NCBI GenBank assembly: GCA_951406725.2
Contig: OX597831.1
Span: 82,956,001-83,020,000, forward strand
Direction of reading: 5' to 3'
Length of the DNA: 64,000 nucleotides
Source of the DNA: Octopus vulgaris
Taxonomy: Eukaryota
The translations under genes were made by a program, and so were the position numbers. Position 1 is the first letter of the stretch. Each line of letters opens with the position of its first letter. This document shows positions 23,955 through 37,308 of this stretch, one piece after another. The notes beneath the pieces are model-generated. The model was not told where the DNA came from. It ran no database searches and saw only the letters and a program-made list of their open reading frames with translations.

Positions 23955-25217
23955 ACCACTATTCCCTCCCTTTCCATGAACTCAGAATAATATCTCTTTA
24001 CATTTACAGAGTATGAGACATGTCAGTGTCCCAGCAAAATGCTCCCCCCCCCCCGTCCTCAGTATATCTTCAACAGAGATAAGTAAGAGGGAAGTGGGGA
24101 AAAGAGGGATGAGCGAAGCCTTTAATCTTGCCTGCTGAGGACTTGACAACCTCTCAAGTGAAGGTGCGACCAAGATATGAGTGATAAAGAAATGAGAGAC
24201 GGGGGGGGGGGCTTAACTGAGGCAGGAGGGGAGAGGGGTTAAAGATACTACTGAGTGGGGGGAGATAAAAGCAGGCTTGACATAATGAGTGGATGTGTTG
24301 GTGTATGTGTGTCTGTTAGTGTTCGTGTGTGTGTATATATGTTGGTGTGTCTATCAGTGTGTGTGTGTTGTTTGTATGTGCGTGTATGTGTGAATCATGC
24401 AATCATAAAATGGAAGTCACTAATATCTTCTTAAAAGAGTTCTTTCTAACTTAAATAAGAACTCGCACTGTGAACTTCTGTTTTATTTCCCTTTTTTTGA
24501 ATTTTATTTTATTTTATTCTGACAAAATTCCAGCAAAACTCTTTCTTTGAATGAATAAATATTTAGTGTTTTTGATAGGAACTACCAAAACGGTTTCTGA
24601 AAATTCATTCCAACTAACATTATCCCTAAAAATCAATATTATGTTCTTCTCTTCACCTGTAAACACTTAATGTTACCAATTTCATAAATTCTAGCTCCAA
24701 CTTCAGACAGGTTTTACAATTCTTGCCAAAATATAAGAATCAGTTTTCCAAAATGTTACCAACCCAGAAACAATAACAGCGCCAAGATCCTACAGATTCT
24801 CAAAACATCAAAATGTGAAAACATATCAGGAAACCCCTAACCCTAAACCTCCCCCCCACACACACACACAAAGATGGGTCCAACAAAACAACTCAGTCAC
24901 AATTACAGACCCAGGAGCAATGTCCCCTCTTACATTATATAAAAGATTTAAAGCCAAGACTGAAACAATAAATTGGTTTGTAAATCTATTACTGTCTTTT
25001 ATTTATTGGAACAAACTGTGGCCATACTGAAGCACAACCGTTGATAACTTTTGTGAATCGTATTGACTGTTTCTTATTTAGTTTTATCAACCTCATAAAA
25101 GTTGAGCTGAAGGGAAAGGAATTTCCAGGGAACAAAGTTAATGTAAGCTCTTTTAGTGTCTATTTATTTTATTTATCTTTGAGCATACCGATGGGGAGGG
25201 GGTCATTCCACACCATT

Positions 25218-25248
<31 letters not shown>

Positions 25249-25629
25249 CACATACCAACTCAATAGTTGAATACTTTATCATGATTCAAAACATTATAAT
25301 CGTTAATGATGGGTTAGATTAATTGCCTCATTTACCATAAAGTTAAAATACTAGCATAAAACTAATCATAGCTGAATGACAAAATACAGTTTCTGAGGAG
25401 AACCAACGGTTTGTGAATGGCTACTGGCACTTGGAGTCCACCGGAACAGAGACATTTGTCAAATGGAATATCCTCATTCAAGCAAAATGTCACAGTAAAG
25501 CAGGTATATACCTGTATTCATTGACACACACACACAAGAAATAAGACCAAACTTAGAGTCCTGAGTATGTGAAAAATATTTCTGCCAACCAGAGACAGAA
25601 AATGTTCAAAGCAACTGCCCAGTTGCAGC

Positions 25630-25840
25630 AACCAATATTGGTTTCAAATTCTGGAACAAGGCCAGCAATTTTGGGAGAGGAAGTAAGTTGATTCCATCAA
25701 CTCCAGGACTCAACTGGTCCTTATCGACCACAAAAGGATGAATGGCAAGTTGGCCTTAACAGAATTTGAACTTCGACTGTAAAGATGGATGAAATGCTAC
25801 TAAGCACTTTGCCTGGCATGTTAATGATTCTGCCAGCTCA
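25630..25840 (-). mobile_element. tRNA-derived SINE (family of 7662-8372)
   Basis: ggtttcaaattctggaacaaggccagcaatttt...aaaggatgaatggcaagttggcc...gaatttgaact...gattctgccagctc is the reverse complement of that family. Confidence 0.7.
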
Positions 25841-26024
25841 ACCAGTCGGAATTAGTATTGCCATAATGAGAACCAATTCTATAAATCTCTGTGATAAATT
25901 ATGCAAAATATTAAAGAACCTAGTGGTGGGTGAGGTTATGGAATTGGGGATTGCTGAATGAGAGAACGGTTTAGCATATAGAATCTATGTTTCTGTCATA
26001 TAAATTAATATTATGAGAGATGAT

Positions 26025-26072
<48 letters not shown>

Positions 26073-26593
26073 GGAAGAGAGAGAAAGAGAGAGAGAGAGC
26101 AAGGCTAGAAAAGCAAGAGAACAAGAAATAAACATATAAGTATAGTTATACAACAAATATTTACATTCCCATATAAATACATGTATGTGGGTGTTTGTTT
26201 GTTTGTGTCTAAAACCTCACCAGAAACTCAATGAAGATGTTATTATTATTAATGAAGTCTCTAGCTGAACGTTTCATTAATTCAACAAAGACTGGATAAG
26301 ATAACAATTTCAGATTTGTGAGAAATGTTTTAGTTCCAAATTTACTGAAAGTTAACCTGGAAATAACTCCAATCCAGAAACACTGCAACATCGGTTAATT
26401 CAATAACTCTTCACATTTTCTGTCTATTACTCAAAAATCAATGTTTAAAATGTGTAAAATTCTAAATTAACAAAAGCAAAGTCACACACACACACACACA
26501 CACACACAATAGTCTTGTAAGCTACACAGTAACCTCATTTGTTTTGGTGGTATGAAAAAAAGGCAACCAGCAATTCCTAATGCCAACCACTGT

Positions 26594-26634
<41 letters not shown>

Positions 26635-26879
26635 ATAGGTCAGGTGAAATTTATGGAGACAATGAGTTGCTCTTCGTGTCACCAACCTGCAGCAGCCAGT
26701 TCTTCATCCTGTTACGTCACCTCTTTCCAAGTAAGGTAATATTTTCCCTAATTCTTCAAATGTAAACAGAACAAAAGCCAGGCATGGAAGAAGGCGAACA
26801 AACAAAACATCATTTTGTATCTCAGTGTCATTTGTTTACTATTAGCTCACAGTCAATGCACCTCCACCCCACCCCCATC

Positions 26880-26912
<33 letters not shown>

Positions 26913-26914
26913 CA

Positions 26915-27150
26915 ATAAGGATAAGATCGTTAATTTAAATATCAATTTTATCAAGTGGCCAGCATGGGAAAAAACCTTCAAAGGATAACTGAAGAGATGG
27001 TGGCAGGCATTTCCACTTCAGCATCCGAAACTCAGAGTTTTATCTTGGCTACCGAATAATTGTCACATATTACATTTATAGATGAATTCCTCTATTTACA
27101 TAATATCGAGGTCGCTTTCTTTCTTTTGTTATCTTAACGTTTTTATCAAT
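26915..27150 (+). mobile_element. Penelope-like terminal fragment between (TA)n and (TATG)n
   Basis: 26915-26985 is homologous to 18325-18395 (aggataa.atcg...tatcaagtggccagcatg...accttc/acaaagg) and is followed directly by a hammerhead motif. Confidence 0.65.
26982..27046 (+). ncRNA. Minimal type-I hammerhead ribozyme motif
   Basis: Stem I aggataa/ttatctt; CTGAAGA; stem II gatg-gtgg...ccac-ttcag-catc(c); GAAA; stem III ctc-a-gag; GUU triplet, predicted cut after 27039. Confidence 0.75.
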
Positions 27151-27504
27151 ATATGTATGTATGTATGTATGAATGTGTGTATGTATGTATGTATGTATGT
27201 GTGTATGTATGTATGTATGTATGTATGTATGTATGTATGTATGTATGTATGTATGTATGTATGTATGTATGTATGTATGTATGTATGTATGTATGTATGT
27301 GTGTATGTATGTATGTATGTATGTGCAAAGTAAGCTTCTTTCCCACAGTCTCTCTACCGAATATTCATTGAACTAGAGAAGGCCTTTGTCAGACAACCAC
27401 AGTCTGGTGGTCGCTAAGAATAAAGTTAAACAATGGTTGTCATAAAAACCGACAGACATCATTATATACAAGCCAACATAAATATACACTGTTATATAGA
27501 AGCC

Positions 27505-30500
27505 AACAGGAAGTGGGTAGCGAACTTCTTCACTACTTCAGGGAGTGACGACCCTGCCTGACACGAGTTCCGGGCTCAGCTGGCTCCGGCTGACAGTACC
27601 TGGTATGGACCCCTATCCAGGGTTACGGAAAGGAGACAACCTTCAAAGAAATCCGGAGTGGAGCCCCGAAGGCGGTCTAGTGTTCGACTCGACACTCTTC
27701 CGGCAGCTCCTGCAACCAAGCTGGTGCCAAACGTAATGCTCTGCACTCCTTTGGACTACATCAGCAAGGTCGAGAGAGGAATCCTGACGACTGGGCTACC
27801 CAGGACTTTCTTATCTATAGCCCAGGCCTGCGCAAAACTGGAGAGGACACTTCAGTGCTGCTGTAAAAAGCTGCAGAAACAACACGGGAGGTAACAGTCA
27901 CGAGTGATAAGTCCATTCAGATTGGCATAAAATATGGGCGCAACGGGTTACCTCTGACCGTGGGAGGGACCTCCGTGTCCTATTGGTTAGCTACTGCCCA
28001 CCTCAAGCTGAGCAGCCCACAGTTAATAAGGTGCTGACCCGCCACAGGCCGCCTGCTCCATTGGGTGCTTGGAGCTAAGAGTATGACTCGAAAAGCGGCC
28101 TGCAACCTCTGCACCAGGCAAACAACTAAGAGTTAAGAAAATACCAGTTCTGCGGTTGGCAAGCTGGAATGTCAGGACCATATGTCCTGGAATATCTGAT
28201 GATCTACTCAGGATTGAAGACACAAGGAAAACGGCCATCATTGACTGTGAACTAAAGAGGCTCAACATAGATATTGCTGGGCTGCAGGAGACAAGACTTC
28301 CCTCAAACGGCAAACTCAAAGAGCAGGATTTCACCTTCTTTTGGCAGGGAAGAGATCCAGAAGAACCTCGTCAACATGGCGTTGGCTTTGCAGTGAGAAA
28401 CTCACTACTCTCCTCAATAGAACCACCATCAGGAGGCACTGAGCGTATCCTCTCACTGTGCCTCTCGACTTCTTCTGGCTCAGTACATCTACTCAGCATC
28501 TATGCTCCCACTCTCTACAGCTCAGAGGAGACGAACGACCAGTTCTACAAAGATCTCAACTGTGTCATAGAAAATATACCAACGACTGAAAATATCTACC
28601 TTCTAGGGGATTTTAATGCTTGCATGGGATCTGACCATGATTCGTGGCCCATTTGTGTTGGACACTTTGGTATTGGCAACATGAATGACAACGGTCAGAG
28701 ACTACTCGAATTCTGCACATACCATAACCTGTGCCTCACAAACACATTCTTTACCAACAAGCCATCCTACAAGGCATCCTGGAGACATCCAAGATCTCAC
28801 CACTGGCATCAGCTGGATCTCATCATTACATGGAGATCCTTTCTGAGCTCTACTCTATTGACCCGCAGTTACCACAGCGCAGATTGTGACACAGACCACT
28901 CACTAATTAGCAGTAGGGTGAGGATTCTGCCTAAAAAAGTCCATCGCTCCAAGAAAGTGGGCCGACCACGTATCAACACCACCAGAACCTCGGACCCTAC
29001 ACTGCGACAATGTTTTGCTGTTTCTATCAAGGTTGCCCTCAGTAGCTGCTCAACCTCCTCTGCTGAAAGTAGGTGGAATTATATCAGGGATTTTTGTATA
29101 CCATATCAATAGATACTTTCGGCATCAGAGAAAGGGAAAACCCAGATTGTTTCAGTGCTGGGCTCTCAGAGCTGGAACCAGTTATCGAAGCAAAGCGTGC
29201 AGCTCTGATGCAATACAAGAGTGACTCTTCTACAAAGTCACTCGAAGAACTCAGAAAGGCACGAAATAAAACCCAACTGACAGCCAGACGCTGTGCAAAT
29301 AGGTATTGGCAGGAAATCTGTCAGAGTATCCAGTCAGTTGCTGACATTGGCGACACCCGTGGGATGTATGCCAGTTTGAAGAAGGCCCTTGGTCCATCCG
29401 CAACCAAGTCAGCCCCTCTGAAATCAACTACTGGAGATCTCATCAAGGACCAAAGCAAGCAAATGGATAGATGGGTGGAGTACTACCAGGATCTCTACTC
29501 ACAAGAGACCACGGTAGCTGAGGCTGCAATCGAGGGTGTCAAGATCTTGCCAGTCATGTGTGAACTTGACAGTCTGCCATCTATAGCAGAGCTCACCAAG
29601 GCTGTTGACTCCCTAGCAAGAAATAAGGCTCCGGGAAAAGATGGCATCCCCTCAGAGATCATCAAAGCTGGCAAAAACACCATCCTGCTTCGGCACCTTC
29701 ATGAGCTTTTGTGTCAGTACTGAGAAGAGGGTACGGTCCCTCAGGATATGCGGGATGCTAACATCATTACGCTTTACAAAAACAAAGGTGACCGTGGTGA
29801 TTGTAACAATTACCGTAGTATATCTCTTCTAAGCACTGTTGGAAAGACCTTTGCCCGCGTTATCCTGGCCAGGCTACAACTACTTGCTTCTCGAATCTAT
29901 CCGGAATCGCAGTGCGGCTTTAGAAGAAGCAGATCAACTATCGATATGATATTCTCCAGACGCCAACTTCAGGAGAAGTCCAGAGAGCAGAAAATGCCAT
30001 TATATATGGCCTTCATTGATCAGACAAAGGCTTTTGACTCGGTAAGCAGAACAGGCCTCTTCATCCTGCTCCAAAAAATTGGATGTCCACCAAAGCTGCT
30101 GAGGATCATCAAGTCTTTCCATGATGACATGCAAGGCACCATACAGCACAACGGTTCAACATCAGCCGTCTTCCAAATAAAAAACGGGGTAAAGCAAGGT
30201 TGTGTCCTCGCTCCTACATTGTTTACATTGTTTGGCATCTTCTTCTCGCTCTTACTTTCACATGCCTTTCAGACATCAGATGATGGAGTGTTTCTGCACA
30301 GTAGAAGTGACGGGAAACTGTTCAATCTCTCGCGCCTGTGTGCCAAGACCAAAATCAGAAACGTCCTGATCAAGGAGATGTTATTTGCTGATGATGCCGC
30401 TCTGGTAACACACACAGAAGAAGCCCTCCAAATGCTCATTAACTGTTTTGAGCAAGCATGTAACAACTTTGGCTTAGCTATCAGCCTTAAGAAGACCAAC

Positions 30501-31397
30501 ATCATGGGCCAGGCTACATCGGACATCCCAAACATACATATTGGAGACCACAGACTACAAGAGGTGGAAAAGTTTACCTATCTTCGGCTCTACCGTCACC
30601 TGCAACCTATCCCTTGACGCTGAGCTCAATATACGCATTGGCAAGGCAGCTGCTGTGATGGCCCAACTCTCCAAACGGGCATGGGACAACAATAAGCTGA
30701 CCAAGACCACAAAAATGAAGATTTACCAGGCATGGGTACTTAGCACTCTACTGTATGGAAGTGAGACTTGGACGCTATGCACACGCCAAGAGCGTCGCTT
30801 AAACATCTTTCACCTGCGCTGCCTCCGGAAAATCCTTCGCATCAAATGGCAGAATCATATCCCCAACAAAGATGTCCTCAGGCAAGCAGGAATACCAAGC
30901 ATGTTTGCACTCCTCACACAAAGATGTATGAGATGGCTTGGGCATGTTAGCCGTATGAAAGATGGCAGAATCCCCAAGGACATACTCTACGGAGAGCTTG
31001 CTAGGGGTACTAGGTCTGTGGGTAGACCGATCTTACGTTACAAGGATGTTTGCAAAAGGGACATGAAGGCCTGCAACATGAATATTAGTGGTTGGGAGGC
31101 AGTTGCCGGCAACCGTGGAGAATGGCGACGTACCATAAAAGAGGGAACACAAAGGAGTGACATAGAGGGAGAGGAGAAATGGAAAGACAAGAAAAGACGT
31201 CAACAAGAAACTATGACATTACAACCAGCCAGGAACAGTCTTCGCTACATTTGCGGTACCTGCCAGAGGGAGTGTTTGTCCAGGATAGGACTACACAGTC
31301 ACAGCAGGAAATGTATCAGGACATGAAATGTAAAAGCCGGACTAGACTACTTTATGCGCAACTCCATTGTCTTCCGAGACAAAAAGGATGCCAACAA
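27505..31397 (+). mobile_element. Full-length RTE LINE (BovB/AviRTE-like lineage), inactivated by two frameshifts and a stop
   Basis: About 640-bp GC-rich 5'UTR. Endonuclease LASWNVRT, GLQETRL, SIYAPT, LGDFNA, DCDTDHSL. RT KAPGKDGI, NYRSISLL, QCGFR, GVKQGCVLAP, FADD. C-terminal C2H2-like YICGTCQRECLSRIGLHSHSRKC. 3' end tccattgtcttccgagac...gatgccaaca. Possible TSD atagaa(g/a)cc. ORF pieces 28156-29112, 29073-29723, 29748-30617, 30541-31326. Confidence 0.95.
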
Positions 31398-32692
31398 TAG
31401 AAACCTGTCTGAAGGGAATTTCACCAACTAAAAATAGCAGCCAAACATTCCTCTTATCACATCCTACCATTAGTGCTATTTTAAGGCATGGACACATTAG
31501 GCAGTTGCCCAGGGAATCAACAAGTTTAGGGGCTGAAAAGATCAAGGAGCCCAACAAGTCTAGGGACCTAATTCTGGTCTATCTATGTTGTGGTTTACTG
31601 TTAACAAATAAGTAGCACAGGAAACAGAGCAATGATTTATCCCGGGGCCTAGGATACTGCTAAGATGGCCCCATGCTTACTATTTTAAATACAAACCACA
31701 TAAGACAGTGTACTCTTTAGATACCTCTAAGAAATTGGGGTGGCTATAGTTGGAATGTCTTTGATTAGGACTGACTTGGAGCTCTTCAGTCACTAATAGA
31801 TATTACTGATGAGATAATGTCCCTTCGGCTCGTTACACATCCTCGTTAGAACTTAATCATTTACATTTACAAAGAAATTACCAAACTTCAACTATGTTGA
31901 CTGAGTTGAAATGTCAAATATTTTGGTCAACATTAATTATTCTTAGATATTTCTCATTGAATGGCTCCATACCACTAAACTTTGGTTCCATATTTTATAG
32001 TGACAGGACAGATAGGGTAAAAAAATCATTAAAGTTTAGAGAAGAGAGGAAAAAATGTTTAATGTAACAGATGTAATATCAGTTTTATATATATATATAT
32101 ATATAAAAGCATGTATGTGTGTGTGATTTGGTTTTCTATATGATTTAATATTTTACAGTAGAGACATTGACAAAAGTGAGACTAACATAGAAAAAAACTG
32201 CCATTTGTGAGCTTTTTGAGTTAATCATGTCAACAGAAATTAGAGATTTAAAAAAATCTCTTATGAAAGATATAAGAAAGCTGTTAAAAAACTCAAACTA
32301 AAGTCTTATAAAAAGACCAATATATCATATATATATATATGTGATTGCAGGCAGTGCAAGAGATTGTGTCATGTCTTTATAAAGGCAAACACAAAACATT
32401 AGAAAATTTTAAATATTAAATTTTATGAAATAATTTTTTTTTGTAAAATATTTGCATCGGAAAAAAAATGATTTCTTTTTTTATTTCAATTTATTTCATC
32501 CAGTTTTTTTCACTGTATGTTCTAGAATGAAATAGTTGCCTAACAATTTTGTTCGTTATTCTGGTTGACCAAACTCTGAGAAGTATCATGCCATCATAAA
32601 TGGGGGAATAGTTTTCTCTGTTTCAATTCTACCCACCCACAAATGTCCATTTTATGGCCTGGCAACATCACAGCTATCACTTTCTCCTTTAG

Positions 32693-32908
32693 CCCTTTGG
32701 CATTTCAACCAACCATATCTGTGGCCCAAATATTCCACCTGTTTTACATTGAAAATGGCCAGGTCTGGCCTCTCACACCTACCCTACTATGTCCTTCTAA
32801 AAATAAACAATCACATCATCAAAACCTTGAGGTTGCAAGATCACTTATTCAAAACAAAGTAAATAAATAAGCTTTACATTTGACAGAATAATTTGGATGT
32901 TAAACGGC
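32693..32908 (+). mobile_element. Degenerate copy of the piggyBac-type MITE at 55757-55972
   Basis: ccctttggcatttcaacc...ccaggtctggcctctcacacctacccta...tttgacagaataatttggatgttaaacgg aligns end to end with 55757-55972. Confidence 0.7.
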
Positions 32909-33294
32909 TGGACCTGATTTTATGCACATCTTTTACAGAACACAGAAACCAAAAAGAAATTTTAAAAAATAAAATAGTATAGATTATTTCTTTAGAAATG
33001 ATAATCTATTGATGCTGTCTATTGACAGGAAAAGATTATGAAAAGAGTTTGCCATAAATCCGAATAAAATCTTAGGAGATATATTTACAAACATCTTTCA
33101 TGCAATTAATAATACTCAGAGTATTATTTAAGAAGTTTTACTCTTTTCAGAGTTTTTCTGACAGTTTATTTTCCTCAGACAGGTTTTATTTTCTGTCAGA
33201 ATCAACCACAAATTAACTTTTTTCATTTCCACATTAAAATACTTTAATTTTCCTCTCAGTCTTTTCTCGCACTTTTAAAAAAAAAAATTTTTAT

Positions 33295-33990
33295 CTTTTA
33301 TTTGTTTCAGTCATTGGACTGCGGTCATGCTGGGGGTTTTAGTCAAACCTGCGGTCACCTTGAGGGGTTTTAGTCAAACAAACTGACGCCAGTACTTACT
33401 GTTTTTAAGCCTATTGGTCTCTTTTGCTGAACCACTAAGTTACAGGGATATAAGCAAACTAACACTGGTTGTCAAGTAGTGGTGGGGGAACAAACACAAA
33501 CTCAAACACACGTTTATTTTTCCCTTAGGCATTGTGAAACTCATAACCTGATGTAGAACTCAATATACAAATACTTCAGAACAAAGTGTTAGTCAAGTAC
33601 AGAGCAGCAATAAGAAAATGAGGTGACCAAGGAATAAACAATTATCCTATGAAATTCATAAGCTTACAGCCGTTTCTGCTATAAGGTGTGGTGAACTCAT
33701 AAGTTGAGTGCCTGAACAACACCTTATAGCTTCCTCAGAGCCTTGAATATGAAGTGCAATTTATTTGGGAAAAGAATCACATTTCTGCATATAGATAAGA
33801 AAAAGCATTACCAATGAGAAAGCAATTTATATCTATATACATGGTGGGCTTCTTTCAGTTTCTATCAACTAAATCCACTCACAAGGCTTTTGTTAGCCCT
33901 GAGCTACAATAGAAGACACTTCCTCAAGGTACCATGCAGTGGGACTGAACCCGGAACCATGTGGCTGGGAAGCAAATTTATTACCCCACA
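33295..33990 (-). mobile_element. tRNA-derived SINE pieces (tail ~33295-33510, head ~33840-33990)
   Basis: tgtttcagtcattggactgcggtcatgctgggg tail and gggcttctttcagtttc...gggactgaacccggaaccatgtgg head, both reversed relative to 39360-39715. Confidence 0.7.
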
Positions 33991-34784
33991 CCAACAGCCA
34001 AACCCCAAACCCCTAATATAGCCTTAACTTCAACGAAATTCTAAATAGAAAAGTAAAACTCAATGAGTTAGAAATTGAGAGAGAGAAATATTAATTAGTG
34101 AACATAAATGATGGGAAAATTAATTAAGAAAACTGGTGAAGAAAAATATTGAGAAACGGAGGAAAGAAAGGGAATGAAATCAAACTGAATACCCCCCACT
34201 CGCTCTCCCTGCCAAAAAAACAAGTGTCCATTGGAAGGCTACAGCTCTTGGTGATAGGGAAAAAAATCACCCAATAAATTAGTTTACTAAACATTATATA
34301 TGGATAATTATAAATGTGTATTAATTATCTGTAACTGATGTCAACAAATTGTTTGTTGTTCCTGAGAGAGAACAACAATGATGATCATTTGTTGATGTTT
34401 AACAAAGTCTCCAAGAACTAGGAAAAAAAACCCTGTAAAGTTTATTTTGATACACATTTATAATCACCAAATAAACGGTGAGGTGAGATCAAAGAATTCA
34501 TTTTGATCAAAGTTTATTGATTAATAAAGCATCATAACATCTGTTTCTCGGTCACAACTGATAGCTCTAAAAGACTTCAACAAAACAAAAAACATTTTCA
34601 CCAAATCAGTCAGATTTTAATAAAATTAATTATTTATAAATTTCAGTTTTTCAGAAATTAATTTCAAATTTGGTTCAAGGAAGAGAGACAGAATGTTGTG
34701 ATGTTTTGAATCTACTTCAACAGGAATTGAACCCAAATAGTGACTATGAGGATTAAGTGATTGATTATCTCTTAATCAGAGAGG

Positions 34785-35050
34785 GTGCATAGCCTAGTGG
34801 TTAGGGTGTTGTACTCATGATTGTAGATTGTGGTTTCAACTTCAGTTCCAAGCGATGCACTGTGTCCTTGAGCAAAACACTTCATCTCCTGTTGCTCTGT
34901 GATCGCTTTGTCACCTGACATGTGATACAAAGTGTACCTGTTCAGGTAACATCAATTTGATGGATGGAATGAGGTAATGTACAAGGATTCACAATATGCA
35001 AATCATTCGAACAGGTTGTTCTGCAAGACATTGCAAAACCATTTTTTTGG
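34785..35050 (+). mobile_element. tRNA-derived SINE
   Basis: gcatagcctagtggttagggtgttgtactcatga...ggtttcaac...ctgtgtccttgagcaaaacacttc. Confidence 0.65.
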
Positions 35051-35683
35051 GGGGGATTACAAGTGATTCTCATCAAAATATCTCTTCATCCATTCAATCA
35101 CTCAAACTAGAATTCGAGAGGCTTCCCAGGTGCAGATTTGGTAATTCTTTTACAGAACAAAGCAATAGTCTGACATATGAAGGTTGTTTCAATTAGCAAC
35201 GTTCTCAGGTAACCAACTGTACTGAACTATGTGAAGAGATTACTAGAAGTTGAGGTGTTGATGCCTTTCTCCCTCAATGAATGAGGGATGCAAATGAAGT
35301 GAGCAGATCAAGGTTCCAGATGTTATGAATTAGACATTCAAAAGTAATCTAAGCCTGAAGAAAAAGTCCAGGTATATCACTGTTTTATAAACAATGGATA
35401 CAAGCAGACAGAACATTCGTAAAAGATGGTCAAACATGAGACATTGCAGGTGGGGGTTTAATCTTGTTCTACCTACTGAGATTGTTCTTCTATGAGCAGT
35501 ATCATCATAGATAATGAAGTCATCAGTCCATAGTCGTGAAAATATTAGAAAATAATACAGCATCAATTAACACCAAGTATTTTAACTCAAATTACAGCTG
35601 CACACCGTAAACACACACACAATAAACACAACTATTAACATTCACATGTATACCTATGTATATACTGAAACACACCTCAACTG

Positions 35684-35723
<40 letters not shown>

Positions 35724-36622
35724 GCACACACACACACACACACACACGTCTATATAATTAATAAGATCATTTGGAAACTGGAAATTATGAACACTTTTAA
35801 TTTCGTAATCCATTCACTGAGAGAAATTTTAAAAGTTAGAAACAAGCTCTCTGCTAATTATAAAGTGCAAGTTAATTATGGCTGTAGCTAATAATTATTA
35901 TGCAACAGAAGAGAAATACTGATAAAGCAAGGATTTTTAATATCTGAGCGGAACCAGAGTGGTGGTGGCGGTGGTGGTGGCGATAGCAATCGTGGTGGTG
36001 GTGGTGGTGGTGGTAATAGAAGGATAACAGCAAAACTAAAAATATTTATGAAATGAAAAATATGAAGAATGTAAGAAGAGAAAGTTGAAGCGAAAATATT
36101 TATTGCAGCAGAAATTTGAAATACACTGAGACAATTCAGTAAATAGATGAGAACATATGTAGACAGATGACAACACACACACACATATAAAAAACATAAA
36201 CACATACACACACACACACACACACACTTATACATACGAACATGCATGCCTGTATACATGTAGACACATGCATACATAAATCCATAGAAAATGTTGAGCA
36301 TGTGAAAAGAATGTGGGAGACATTGCACATGGGATCAGCATCTGCCCTTCAAAATGGCATCTGAAGTCCAACTTCTGTTGTTAAAACAATATACAATGCC
36401 AGCTATAGGAAAGACTGTCCTGGGAGAGCCCTCACATATTGACTATAGCCCCACCCACTTGCCAGAGTTACTTCTGCCCTATGTCTAACCATCTCTCATC
36501 ACACTCCTATGAAACATACCCCTCTATTCCTCCCTACTCACTCACCCTGTCCAATCCTCTCTGCCAGTTGTATTCACACCCACCTCACCATGTGGGTATG
36601 TCCCAACACATCTCCACCATCA

Positions 36623-36685
<63 letters not shown>

Positions 36686-37059
36686 ATCTTTCTTTCTCCT
36701 TTCTTTTCCAAATGGGGTAGCCAAGTATTTCTTCAATACGGAGACTCCTATCTCTAGTCCTCCATTATACTTTAACCTCTCAACTGACACAAACACACCT
36801 CCCTCAATACTATCCCTCCTCCCAGTCGCCCGCTGACACTCGATTCTACATGAAATAGGCCAGGGAACAGAAAAAAGAAGAAGAAAGGCATGCACCCAAC
36901 ACCAGAGCTCAAGACACCTCCAAAAGGGGGTGGGGCATGTCAAAACGGTAGAGGAGTAGGGGCCGAAACCGGATGTAGTTCCTCCTGATGATGTCTTGAG
37001 CTAACTGAATCCTATAAAGGAGCTGTTGTGGTAGCAGACCACAAAATACGGTTGTAATT

Positions 37060-37308
37060 CCCCACCCCCTCCCAGTTGGGGGTCTTTCTCTTGCAAATTA
37101 CTTGGTGATCCTGCAGCTATGAAAAAAGCCCTGATGCTGGTGCCACATAAGAAAGTGCCCAATGCACTCTGTAAAGTTTTTTTAGTGTTAGGAAAGGCAG
37201 CCATGCCAAAGCAGACAACAGAGCCTGGTGCCGTAGTCTTCTGGTTTGTCAAGCTCCTGTCAAACCAGCCAACCCATACCAGCATGGAAAGCAGACGTTA
37301 AAGGATGA
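37060..37308 (+). mobile_element. RTE 3' end fragment
   Basis: gctggtgccacataagaaagtgccc...gtgttaggaaagg...ccaacccataccagcatggaaagcagacgttaaaggatga. Confidence 0.75.

Noticed and set aside
24124-24176. atcttg..CTGAGGA-cttga/tcaag-tGAAG-gtgcgacc-aagat three-stem pattern
   Set aside because: Core deviates (GAAG, no U16.1/H17, extra bases before the core).
27780-27812. CTGACGA plus ctggg/cccag hairpin in the RTE 5'UTR
   Set aside because: Followed by GACT rather than GAAA, with no stems I or III.
31800-31860. CTGATGA followed by gat...atc (also 54940-54985 and 63060-63100)
   Set aside because: No GAAA or stem III/NUH in register; cannot be called hammerheads.
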